Made by a program: the position numbers and the translations under genes | Part shown: positions 19,687 through 28,770 of the stretch, piece after piece | Layout: each line of letters begins with the position of its first letter | Position numbering within the stretch: position 1 is the stretch's first letter | The notes under the pieces: generated by a model | What the model was told of the DNA's origin: nothing | Seen by the model: only the letters and a program-made list of their open reading frames with translations | Databases searched by the model: none | Assembly: GCA_030430715.1 (NCBI GenBank) | Contig: JAUIJZ010000008.1 | Coordinates: 1,450 to 65,449 of the forward strand | From: Alphaproteobacteria bacterium | GTDB taxonomy: Bacteria; Pseudomonadota; Alphaproteobacteria; Caulobacterales; Aquidulcibacteraceae | Reading direction: 5' to 3' | Length of the DNA stretch: 64,000 nt

Positions 19687-20805
19687 ATGCGTGTTCAGCC
19701 TGCTGCATTCCTGCGCACGACATTGCCTTTGGATTTCTCGAAACTGAGCGAGTACGACAGCGGGCGATATCACTCGATCTGGTTGCCGGATCATATGGTG
19801 AGTTTCTGGCCGGATTCGATCTGGAGTTCGGAGTTCACGGATCTCGCTTCGGTATCTCCATCGCCACACCGGCATCTCGATGGATTGGCCATAGCCGCCG
19901 CCGTTTCGCAGCAAACGAAAAATGTGCCGATCGCGATGAGTGTGGTCGATACGGTGCGGCGCCATCCTTCGCTCTTGGCTCAGACGGCGCTGACGATCGA
20001 TCATCTCGCCAAGGGGCGTTTCATTCTTGGCCTCGGCAGCGGCGAAACAGAAAACACCGTTCCCTATGGTTTTGACTTCAACAAGCCGGTGGGGCGGTTT
20101 GAAGAAGCGCTTAAAGTGATCCGCTTACTTTGGGATACGCAGGGGCCAATCGATTTCGAAGGCAAGTTTTTCAAGCTGAGCCACGCGCGCCTCGATACCG
20201 AACCCTATCAAGGCAAATTTCCCAGTATTTGGATCGGCGCTAGCGGGCCGCGCATGCTTGGCATTACTGGCCGCTATGCCGATGGCTGGTGGCCGGCGGG
20301 CGCGTGGACGCCGGAGGATTTTGCCGCCAAGCTGAAAGTGGTGCGCGAGTCAGCTGAGCGCGCTGGGCGCGACCCCATGGCGATCACGCCTGCTTACATC
20401 ATGATGTGCCTAATTGGTGATGAGACGGAGGTGGCGGAGATGCTCGAGGCGCCGCTGATCAAAGCGGGCATCCTCATGCACCTTGAGGCAAAGCTATTGA
20501 ATGAACGCGGCTTCGATCATCCGCTTGGTAATGATTGGCGTGGCTACCAAGATATAGATCCTGGTGCGCTGACCCGCGAACGCATCTTGGACATGCTTGG
20601 CAAAGTCGATGTGAGGGCGATCACTTCGATCGTGCCGACCGGCGCGCCGAAAGAGATTGCGAGGATCGTGAAGGGCTATGTGGATGCCGGCCTGCGGGTG
20701 CCGAAAATTCTCGATTACGGTGGAATGGCGGGCATGAAGTATGGCGCGCGTTCGGCAGAGAAAGTGCGCCAGACCGAAGACGAACTGCTGAAATTGTGCG
20801 CTTGA
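19687..20805 (+). CDS. LLM-class oxidoreductase, Rv2951c (phthiodiolone ketoreductase)-like, probably F420-dependent
   Basis: WLPDH, RRHP, GLGSGETENTVPYG, KPVGRFEEAL, GPRML..TGRYADGW, GRDPMAITPA. Confidence 0.8.
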   Translation: MRVQPAAFLRTTLPLDFSKLSEYDSGRYHSIWLPDHMVSFWPDSIWSSEFTDLASVSPSPHRHLDGLAIAAAVSQQTKNVPIAMSVVDTVRRHPSLLAQTALTIDHLAKGRFILGLGSGETENTVPYGFDFNKPVGRFEEALKVIRLLWDTQGPIDFEGKFFKLSHARLDTEPYQGKFPSIWIGASGPRMLGITGRYADGWWPAGAWTPEDFAAKLKVVRESAERAGRDPMAITPAYIMMCLIGDETEVAEMLEAPLIKAGILMHLEAKLLNERGFDHPLGNDWRGYQDIDPGALTRERILDMLGKVDVRAITSIVPTGAPKEIARIVKGYVDAGLRVPKILDYGGMAGMKYGARSAEKVRQTEDELLKLCA

Positions 20806-20809
20806 GCCT

Positions 20810-21973
20810 ATGAGTAGATCTATTCTCGACGCGGACGCGTTGCTCGCGGCGGCTGAGGCCGAAACTGGGCTAAGCGATTATGGCGACCCGACGTTCAAGG
20901 AGCGCTTCGCTATCGCGGCTCAGCAGATTTCGGCATGTGGCATGGATGAGTTCGGGCAGCGCAAGGGCGCAGAGGTTTGCCGTTGGCTTCTGACGTCGCG
21001 CCTCAACTTCTTTGAAGATCATAAGCGCTATCACCTCGACGACGAAAAGATCGAAAAGCCGCTTTTCGCGACCGGAGAGCCTCGTTCGGGAACGACGCTG
21101 CTGCATGCGTTGCTGTCCGTGGATCCGAACGCGCGTTCGCTGCGCTTTTGGGAGGTGATGTACCCTTCGCCACCGTCTGGCATGGCCGCAGATGATGATC
21201 CGCGACGCGCGCAAGCAGACAATGATTGGCGCGAGATCAATGCGAAAATACCCCTTTGGCTGCATAGCCATCCGTACAATGACATGCTCGGCAATGGCTT
21301 GCCCGAAGACGAGCGCACTTGGGCGATGGATTTTCGTGTAATGACGCCGACCGCGTGGTGGCGCGTGCCGATGGGCATGAATTTCGCGGGGCTACCTTCT
21401 GACCCGCGCGCGCAGTATCGGTTGCATAAGATGATGCTGCAGCATTGCCAGCATACGCGTCCGAAGAAGTATTGGGTGCTGAAGGGGTTTCATAACGCGC
21501 GCCTCAAAGCGCTGTTCGAAACCTATCCGGATGCGGCAATCATATGGACGCACCGCGATCCCATACAAACTATTGCCTCGCGCATCGCCATGGCGGCGGA
21601 GATCACGGACGGTCTCGTTGGGCATGTGGACTGGAGGGCGATCGCTAAAGGTCAGCTCGCTTATGCTCGCAACAGCATAAAAACGACGATGGAAAGCCCT
21701 TGCGTGAACGATGCGCGCATCCACCATGTGCGCTATCCGGACTTCATCGCCGATCCGGTGAGAACAATACGCGATTTTTACGAGACGTATGGCGTGCCAT
21801 TCAATAACGAGATGGCGCGCAAGATGCAGGATTATCTCGCCAATAATAGAGGCGATCGCTACGGCAAGTTCGTCTATTCGGCCGATATGATCGGCGAGGA
21901 TCTGGACAAGCTGAACGACGAGTTCGCGCCATTCCGTGAACGGTTCGGGTTGGAGATTGAGAAGCGCAAATAG
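20810..21973 (+). CDS. Sulfotransferase (PAPS-dependent, mycobacterial-type)
   Basis: GEPRSGTTLLH 5'-PSB loop, WVLK, HRDP 3'-PB motif. Confidence 0.9.
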   Translation: MSRSILDADALLAAAEAETGLSDYGDPTFKERFAIAAQQISACGMDEFGQRKGAEVCRWLLTSRLNFFEDHKRYHLDDEKIEKPLFATGEPRSGTTLLHALLSVDPNARSLRFWEVMYPSPPSGMAADDDPRRAQADNDWREINAKIPLWLHSHPYNDMLGNGLPEDERTWAMDFRVMTPTAWWRVPMGMNFAGLPSDPRAQYRLHKMMLQHCQHTRPKKYWVLKGFHNARLKALFETYPDAAIIWTHRDPIQTIASRIAMAAEITDGLVGHVDWRAIAKGQLAYARNSIKTTMESPCVNDARIHHVRYPDFIADPVRTIRDFYETYGVPFNNEMARKMQDYLANNRGDRYGKFVYSADMIGEDLDKLNDEFAPFRERFGLEIEKRK

Positions 21974-21982
21974 GGGGCGCTG

Positions 21983-22792
21983 ATGCACGAGCGGATTTCG
22001 ATCAATAGCATCAGCTTTTTGGGTTCGCCGCTCACGGCGTTCGCTGAGATTTGCCGCGACTTGCAGCCCAAGCGCGTGAGTTTTCTGAATAGCGAGCTTG
22101 ACGATGCGGGCAGCGTGCGGCGGTTGCTCGACGAAGGCCGGTATCGGTTTGAGACATGTACGCATGTCTTCATGCCGGGTCAGCACCTCGATCCGAATGA
22201 GGAAACCTGGGCCGAACCGCGCGCGCGACTTAACAGCTTGATTGATCGTGTCGCAGCGCTCGGCGGAAACTCCATCTACATGCTGACGGGTGGCCACGGT
22301 AGTCTAACCTGGGAGCAAGCGGCGGAAACCTTCGCGGCGATAATTGCGCCCTGCGCGTTGCGCGCGAGGGAGGCCGGGGTTCAGCTGCTCATTGAGAATG
22401 CGTCGGTTCTGTTCGCCGACAACCATATCGCCCACAATCTGCGCGATCTCGCAACGCTGGCGGAGATGGCAGATATTGGCGTCAATGTTGATATCTACGG
22501 CATTTGGATGGAGGCGGATCTCAAGGCGTCTCTGGAGCGTCTCATGCCGCGTTGCCATCTCATTCAGGCCAGCGATTATGTTTATGGAGACCGCTCGTTG
22601 CCGTGCCGCGCGGTGATCGGCGATGGCGCCGTGCCCTGGCCGCGCATTTTGGACTGGGTGTTGTCGGCCGGCTATGCGGGGGCGTTCGATCTTGAGCTTA
22701 TGGGGCCCCGAATTGAACGAGAGGGGCGCGTGGCGGCGAACCGGAGAAGCGCGGAGCGGTTAAGCGAAATGTTGCACAAGCTAGGCGCTTAA
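21983..22792 (+). CDS. Sugar-phosphate isomerase/epimerase-like TIM-barrel protein
   Basis: LLIEN, NVDIY, SD....DR....GDG..PW, DLEL pattern of the xylose-isomerase-like fold. Confidence 0.8.
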   Translation: MHERISINSISFLGSPLTAFAEICRDLQPKRVSFLNSELDDAGSVRRLLDEGRYRFETCTHVFMPGQHLDPNEETWAEPRARLNSLIDRVAALGGNSIYMLTGGHGSLTWEQAAETFAAIIAPCALRAREAGVQLLIENASVLFADNHIAHNLRDLATLAEMADIGVNVDIYGIWMEADLKASLERLMPRCHLIQASDYVYGDRSLPCRAVIGDGAVPWPRILDWVLSAGYAGAFDLELMGPRIEREGRVAANRRSAERLSEMLHKLGA

Positions 22793-22810
22793 AGGAGCGG
22801 AGAGACGCAA

Positions 22811-24040
22811 ATGGCTTTTGGAGCAGCTGCGGAGGATGCGGCGCTGCGCGCGGCCTGGAACGATTTCTGCGACAAGCTGCGCGCTGCTGGCGAGCAGGCG
22901 TTCAAAGACGCCAATCCGGCGAACCCGCTGCAGCGTGCTGATGCGTTCCGCTTTCTGACGCAAAATCTGGGGCAGGCCTTCGATTTGGGGCTTGAAACCA
23001 AGGATACGCGTTATCCTCTGTTGCACGCCTTTTGCTCGCCAACACGCAAGCTTGGCGGAGACGCTGGAGACTTCAGCTATCAGCAAGCCTGGATCGACGG
23101 CGCATCGCGTTACAGGCTCTTCGGCGATCGCGGCACGGCGCGCTTTCTCAATGTGACTGTGCAGGGGCCGCGGCCTGAGAAAATACCGAATACGGACTGG
23201 CCAAGCTTGCATGAGCCGTTCGGCGATATTCCAGAAGCAAATCTGTTCGCGCATCAACTGAAGACGGAGACGGACGGACGCTTCGAAATTTTTATAGGCG
23301 GGCCGGAGCGGGGGGCGAATTGGCTGCCGACAACACCAGGGTCGCGTAAGCTATTCATTCGCCAGGGTTTCGACGCCTGGAAGGAAACGCCGGCGCGGAT
23401 GCAGATTGAGCGGCTGGATATGGAGGCGCCGAAACCGGCGCCGACTCCGGGCGACATGATCGGCGCGATGGATTGGGCGGGGACCTTCGTCACCGGCCTT
23501 ATGCGCGATTGGCCCGAGCATCCGCACGCTTATAGCGGCGGCGTCGTCGATCCGGGGCGACCCAACATCTTTCCGCAAATAGAGGCGACGGGAGCTGACC
23601 AAAAGCGAGGCCGCGCCATCGCGCATATGTGCTGGACGCTCCGGCCAGATGAAGCGTTGATCATTGAGTTCAATGAACATGATGCGTTTTGGATGCTTAC
23701 CAATTCGGGCGCGTTCTTCAACAGCATGGATTATCTGTATCGCCAGGTCAGCTACACGCCGGCGCGCACAAAGACAGATAGCGACGGGATGGTGCGGCTC
23801 ATCCTCGCTCACGAAGATCCCGGCTGTCACAATTGGCTGGACACGCAGGGTTTTGCGCAGGGCAATATCACCTACCGCGAATTGCTGAGCCCGGGAAAAG
23901 CGACGCTGTCGACGAGACTTGTGAAGCGGACGGAGCTTGACGAGGCTTTGCCGGCCGATACGGCTAAAGTCACGCCGGAAGAGCGCCGCGCGCAAATGCT
24001 GGCTCGGTTCTATGGAGTTTTGCGGCGCTACCCGCTCTAG
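22811..24040 (+). CDS. DUF1214-like conserved hypothetical protein
   Basis: KLGGDAGDFSYQQA.IDG...YR..G.RG, L.PDEALIIE, DPG..NWLDT.G pattern of proteins often found beside sulfotransferases. Confidence 0.7.
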   Translation: MAFGAAAEDAALRAAWNDFCDKLRAAGEQAFKDANPANPLQRADAFRFLTQNLGQAFDLGLETKDTRYPLLHAFCSPTRKLGGDAGDFSYQQAWIDGASRYRLFGDRGTARFLNVTVQGPRPEKIPNTDWPSLHEPFGDIPEANLFAHQLKTETDGRFEIFIGGPERGANWLPTTPGSRKLFIRQGFDAWKETPARMQIERLDMEAPKPAPTPGDMIGAMDWAGTFVTGLMRDWPEHPHAYSGGVVDPGRPNIFPQIEATGADQKRGRAIAHMCWTLRPDEALIIEFNEHDAFWMLTNSGAFFNSMDYLYRQVSYTPARTKTDSDGMVRLILAHEDPGCHNWLDTQGFAQGNITYRELLSPGKATLSTRLVKRTELDEALPADTAKVTPEERRAQMLARFYGVLRRYPL

Positions 24041-24723
24041 TCACCGCGTTTCAAATCATCGGTTTGATTTTCAGCCCAGTCTTTGACTTCTGCAGGCCGA
24101 AAGCGCGCGCTTGGCGAGTTTCCTGAAGCGGTACGCAAATCGTAGCCGATAGGATCAACGCCGTCTTCAAGCTGAATTCCAAAGGCGGTGACGGCCCAAC
24201 TCAGCATCACATAATGGCCGATAGTGAAAACGAGATCCATGATCTGCTGGCGATCGAAATGTGCGGATAGCGCGTTCCAGGTACTATCGGAAAGGCGCGA
24301 GGCATCGATGAACTCATCGACAGCATTAAGCACGGCGCGGTCAGCCTCGTTCCAGATCGCAGCGTTTGCGCCATCTTTTATGGCGGCGATCTCTTCCAAG
24401 CTCATGCCTAAATTGACGCAATAGCCGACATGGTAGTGCCATTCGTAGTCGCATTTCAGTCGCCATGAGATGCGGATGACGACAAGTTCTTTGACGCGCC
24501 CCGATAGCGTTGAGTCGATGAGCAGGTGCTTGCCGAATATATTGTAGGCAGTCGCTAGCTTCGGGTGCTGTGCGAGGGTCATGACAATGTTGGTCTTTGA
24601 TCCATCGCGCCATGAATCCGGCTCGCCCCAAAACGCGAAAACTTCGCGAGCGGGATTGTCCCAATCTTCGGGCGGCAGCGTCGGGATGCGAGGCGTGTCT
24701 TTTCTCATGTCTTTCGTCGCCAT
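24037..24723 (-). CDS. Carboxymuconolactone decarboxylase/AhpD-like protein (paralog 1)
   Basis: LAQHP.L, KELVVIRISW...YEWHYH, MDLVFTIG.Y. Confidence 0.85.
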   Translation of the reverse strand: MATKDMRKDTPRIPTLPPEDWDNPAREVFAFWGEPDSWRDGSKTNIVMTLAQHPKLATAYNIFGKHLLIDSTLSGRVKELVVIRISWRLKCDYEWHYHVGYCVNLGMSLEEIAAIKDGANAAIWNEADRAVLNAVDEFIDASRLSDSTWNALSAHFDRQQIMDLVFTIGHYVMLSWAVTAFGIQLEDGVDPIGYDLRTASGNSPSARFRPAEVKDWAENQTDDLKRGD

Positions 24724-24793
24724 TCATTAGGCTGGTGCTTGCATCGATGCGGCAAGGTCGTAGATGATGGCCGTTGAAACAAGGGAGAATTTC

Positions 24794-25477
24794 ATGGCCT
24801 CGGACAAAGAAGGCGAAGAGCGGAAGGTTAAGCGTAAGAAGCCCCGGATTCCGCCGCTGCCGCGGGAAGAGTTCACCGACGACGCGCGTGAGGTGTTTGC
24901 GTTCTGGGGCGAGCCCAATGCTTGGGAGGAGGGCTCGAAGACGAATGTCATCAACACCATGGGCAACCATCCGGCGCTTGGAAAGGTGTACAACGTCTGG
25001 GGCATGCATTTCCTGATGCATAATTCGATGCACATTAGGCAGCTTGAGCTCGTTGTGTTGCGCGTCGCGTGGCGGGTGAAGTCGGAATACGAGTGGCACA
25101 ACCATGTCGGCTACGCCATGAACGCGGGCATCACGCTTGAGGAGATTGAAGCGATCAAACTCAAGCCGGCGGATGGGCCGTGGGATGAATTGGACAAAGC
25201 GGTTCTCGTCTCCGTTGACGAGCTGATTGGCAAGGGACGCATCAGCGACAAAACCTGGAAGATCCTGACCAAGCATTATGACAAGCGTCAGATGATGGAT
25301 TTGCTGTTCACCATCGGTCACTACGTGATGACGAGTTGGGCTTTGTCATCGATGGGTGTCGAGATGGAATCGCCGGACCCGATTGGCTTCGATCTCAGAA
25401 CGGCTTCCGGGCGTATTCCTGGAAAGACTTATAAGCCGGGCGAAGTCGAAGATTGGATCAAGACTCGCGGCTACTAA
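24794..25477 (+). CDS. Carboxymuconolactone decarboxylase/AhpD-like protein (paralog 2)
   Basis: MGNHP.L, ELVVLRVAW...YEWHNH, MDLLFTIGHY; GGAG before ATG 24794. Confidence 0.85.
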   Translation: MASDKEGEERKVKRKKPRIPPLPREEFTDDAREVFAFWGEPNAWEEGSKTNVINTMGNHPALGKVYNVWGMHFLMHNSMHIRQLELVVLRVAWRVKSEYEWHNHVGYAMNAGITLEEIEAIKLKPADGPWDELDKAVLVSVDELIGKGRISDKTWKILTKHYDKRQMMDLLFTIGHYVMTSWALSSMGVEMESPDPIGFDLRTASGRIPGKTYKPGEVEDWIKTRGY

Positions 25478-25507
25478 AGCTTTGCGCTCTGTGCGTTAGG
25501 GGGAAGT

Positions 25508-26791
25508 ATGCCTGCGGAAAAAGGCGGCGATACACATTCGTCGGCCACACGTCCGCCATCGGGGCTCGCGCGCTGGCGTTTGATCGGCCCCGGCATTGTC
25601 GTTGCCGTGACCGGCGTCGGCGCCGGCGATTTGGTGGCGACGCTCGTGGCGGGCTCTCGCTTTGGCTATACGCTGCTTTGGGCCGCGATTATCGGCTGCG
25701 TCGTGAAAATTGCCCTGGCGGAAGCGGCTGGCCGCTATCATCTCGCGACGGGCAAGACCATTCTCGAAGGCTGGCGCTCCTTGGGACGATGGACCAGCTG
25801 GTATTTCGGTATTTATATTTTGCTGTGGGGCTTCGTTTACGGCGCCACGGCGATGAGCGCCACAGCCCTGCCGCTTGCCGCGCTCTTTCCCGATGTCATG
25901 CCTTTATGGGCGTGGGGCGTATTGATGGGCGTGTTCGGCGCCGCATTCGTGTTGTTCAATCGCTACGCCGTGTTCGAAACGGTCATGAAGCTCCTCGTGG
26001 GCGTCATGTTCGTGATCGTTGTTGGGCTTTCCGTTCTAGTTGCGCCCAGCCTTGGAGAACTCATCGGTGGGTTAGCGCCGCGTCTACCGGAAGGTGCTGG
26101 CATTTACACGCTTGGTCTGATCGGCGGCGTTGGCGGCACGATCACGCTCGCTGCTTATGGCTATTGGGTGAATGCGAAGGGATGGCGCACGCCTGAGTGG
26201 ATGAGCATGATGCGGCTCGACAATATCGCCGCTTACATTCTCACAGGCATCTTCGTGATCGCGATGCTGATAGTCGGCGCGGAGCTGCTCTATTCGGCGC
26301 AGATTGCTTTGGCGGGCGGTGGGCGCGGGCTGCTCGATCTCGGAGATGTCTTGGCGCAACGTTTCGGCGCGCCGATAGCAGCGATCTTCCTGCTGGGCTT
26401 CTTTGCGACGACCTTATCGTCGCTGCTTGGTGTTTGGCAGGGCGTATCGCTGTTGTTCGCCGATTTCGTGCGCAACCTTTCAGGATCAGCGATGTCGGAG
26501 GGGACGTCGGGCTTGGAGGCGTCGCCCGCGTTTCGCTTCTATGTGTTCTGGCTTACCGTTCCGCCCATCGCGCTGTTGCTGCTGGGGCGTCCGTTCGCAT
26601 TGATCATTGCCTATGGAGCATTCGGCGCCTTTTTCATGCCGTTCCTGGCTTTGACGCTGATGTGGCTGCTGAACTCGGCCCGAACCCCAGCCGCATGGCG
26701 TTCGGGATGGCTGTCCAATGCGCTGCTCGGTTTGGCCGCCGCGTTGTTCGTGGTTTTGTGCATCAACGAACTTGGTTCGTTGATGTCATAG
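25508..26791 (+). CDS. Nramp-family divalent metal transporter (YcsG-like)
   Basis: About 11 hydrophobic segments; GPGIVVAVTGVGAGDLV, GGVGG. Confidence 0.82.
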   Translation: MPAEKGGDTHSSATRPPSGLARWRLIGPGIVVAVTGVGAGDLVATLVAGSRFGYTLLWAAIIGCVVKIALAEAAGRYHLATGKTILEGWRSLGRWTSWYFGIYILLWGFVYGATAMSATALPLAALFPDVMPLWAWGVLMGVFGAAFVLFNRYAVFETVMKLLVGVMFVIVVGLSVLVAPSLGELIGGLAPRLPEGAGIYTLGLIGGVGGTITLAAYGYWVNAKGWRTPEWMSMMRLDNIAAYILTGIFVIAMLIVGAELLYSAQIALAGGGRGLLDLGDVLAQRFGAPIAAIFLLGFFATTLSSLLGVWQGVSLLFADFVRNLSGSAMSEGTSGLEASPAFRFYVFWLTVPPIALLLLGRPFALIIAYGAFGAFFMPFLALTLMWLLNSARTPAAWRSGWLSNALLGLAAALFVVLCINELGSLMS

Positions 26792-26832
26792 GGGCGCCGC
26801 CGAGCCCGGTTTCGATTGGTCTATTAAAAGCT

Positions 26833-26908
<76 letters not shown>

Positions 26909-26972
26909 GAGCCGAAGCGAAGGGCATTGCGCATAGGCTGATTGGGCCCGTGTGTCCAGGGGAGTGTGAAAG

Positions 26973-27683
26973 ATGGGTGGCTTCACGTTGGCCTTGGCCG
27001 GGTTTGTTCTGCTTCATGTGGGCGTGGCTGCTACCGGGGCTCGTGTGGCGTTGGTGCGGGGGATCGGCGAGGGGGCCTATCGGGCGCTGTTTTCGCTCGC
27101 GTCCGCCGCGCTGCTCTTCTGGCTCGTCAGCGCCTTTGGCGCGATGCGCGCCGATCCGTTCGACCCGCTCAATGAGGCTCTATGGCTGCCGCCAGATTGG
27201 ACGCGCTGGCCTGCGGGGGCGCTGTCGTTCCTGGGGATAATTTTGGCCGTAGCCGGGCTGCTGACGCCGGGGCCAACCCTCGCTGGGTTCGAGAAGCGCA
27301 GCCTTGCCTTAGCTGAGCCTGCTCATGGCGTGCTTCGGATCAGCCGGCATCCGTTTCTGTGGGGCGTGGCGCTGTGGGGGGCCGGGCACTTGTTGGCCAA
27401 TGGCGAGCGGTTCGCGATCATGCTGTTCGGCGCGCTGACTTTCATGGCGATCTACGGCGCCCGCTCAATCGATCGCAAAGCCCGCGCCCGTGATCCGGAG
27501 CGTTGGGCTGAATTCGAGGCGGTAACGTCGAATGTGCCGTTCATGGCCGTCACTCAGGGGCGCAACCGGCTCGTCTTTGGTGAGATGTGGCTGAAGCTGC
27601 TCGCGGGCTTGATTGTGGCTGTCATCATTGCCCTGGCGCACAAAAATCTGTTTGGCGCGGCTGTGATTTCAACCTCGTTTTAA
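26973..27683 (+). CDS. NnrU family membrane protein
   Basis: ISRHPFLWGVALWGAGHLLANG, TSNVPF. Confidence 0.85.
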   Translation: MGGFTLALAGFVLLHVGVAATGARVALVRGIGEGAYRALFSLASAALLFWLVSAFGAMRADPFDPLNEALWLPPDWTRWPAGALSFLGIILAVAGLLTPGPTLAGFEKRSLALAEPAHGVLRISRHPFLWGVALWGAGHLLANGERFAIMLFGALTFMAIYGARSIDRKARARDPERWAEFEAVTSNVPFMAVTQGRNRLVFGEMWLKLLAGLIVAVIIALAHKNLFGAAVISTSF

Positions 27684-27706
27684 GCGCCTGCGCGTGAGCA
27701 TAAGGC

Positions 27707-28015
27707 ATGAACCCAATATTTGATCGCGCCCATTTTGACCATATGACCGGTGCTGATCGTGCGCTGCAGCATGAAGTGGTGGAGCTGTTTCGCGGTCAGA
27801 TCGGAGGCTGGGATGCCGCGCTCGCTGGCGGCGATTGGCGCGCTGCCGCGCACACAATCAAGGGCTCGGCGCGTGGCATCGGTTTGCAGGCGCTAGCCGA
27901 CGCGTGTGAGCGCGCTGAAGCGGCGGCGACGCCGGAGCCCGCCATGACGGAATTGCGCAGCGCGTTATCCGAAGCCATGGCCGCGCTGGAGCGCTTCGTC
28001 GCCGAGCCGGTTTGA
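27707..28015 (+). CDS. Stand-alone Hpt (histidine phosphotransfer) protein
   Basis: AHTIKGSARGIG with conserved His, helical 102 aa. Confidence 0.88.
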   Translation: MNPIFDRAHFDHMTGADRALQHEVVELFRGQIGGWDAALAGGDWRAAAHTIKGSARGIGLQALADACERAEAAATPEPAMTELRSALSEAMAALERFVAEPV

Positions 28016-28029
28016 GCTAAAGTCGGCGC

Positions 28030-28437
28030 ATGATCGCCGAAGTTTTTACGCAACGCTTCGTGGTGCCGGCCGATGACATCGACGAACTCGGTCATGTCAG
28101 CAACATTGCTTATCTGCGCTATGCGCAGGATATCGCGGTGGCGCATTGGCGTGCGCGCGCAACGCCGGAAATGATCAACGATTATGTGTGGGTGGTGACG
28201 CGCCACGAGGTTGATTATCGCGCATCGCTGTTGCTGAACGATGAGGTCGAGGTGCGCACCTGGGTTGACGGCGCCCCGCGCGGTTCGACTTGGGCGCGAT
28301 TTGTAGACATTGGCAAACTCGGCGCGGAAAAGCCTGCTGCGCGCGTGGTCTCCAATTGGTGCATGTTGGAAAGCGCCTCGCGCCGCATCAGACGCGTGCC
28401 GGCTGAGATCGTAGCGCGCTTCTTCGGTCAGAATTGA
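28030..28437 (+). CDS. Acyl-CoA thioesterase (4HBT/YbgC hot-dog fold)
   Basis: DIDELGHVSN..YL motif. Confidence 0.88.
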   Translation: MIAEVFTQRFVVPADDIDELGHVSNIAYLRYAQDIAVAHWRARATPEMINDYVWVVTRHEVDYRASLLLNDEVEVRTWVDGAPRGSTWARFVDIGKLGAEKPAARVVSNWCMLESASRRIRRVPAEIVARFFGQN

Positions 28438-28736
28438 GAATAGTCCGGAAGGCGGTTGCGAATTTCGACCAGGCGCTCATAGGCGAGAAAAGCGAGCATG
28501 AAGAGTTCGCACAAGAAGCGCCAATAAACGAGCGCAACGGCGGCGACGGCAGGCGCGCCGACGAACAGCATCAAGCCATTACCGAAATTGCCGGCGAGAA
28601 GCGCCATCAGCCCCATAAACATCCAGCCGAGCGCCGCCAGCAGGATGAATGCGGACGCGACATAATAAACGATGCGTACCAAGGCGGGGCCGAGCAATTG
28701 ATCGAACCCGAGGAAACGCTGAACGACAGTGAACAT
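28428..28736 (-). CDS. Small membrane protein (DUF4282-like)
   Basis: FL.FD.LL.P.L...VY, two TM segments, R..CE....F. Confidence 0.7.
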   Translation of the reverse strand: MFTVVQRFLGFDQLLGPALVRIVYYVASAFILLAALGWMFMGLMALLAGNFGNGLMLFVGAPAVAAVALVYWRFLCELFMLAFLAYERLVEIRNRLPDYSQF

Positions 28737-28770
28737 GGTTGGCTCCAAGAATCGCGCCGCTTTTGGCTGA

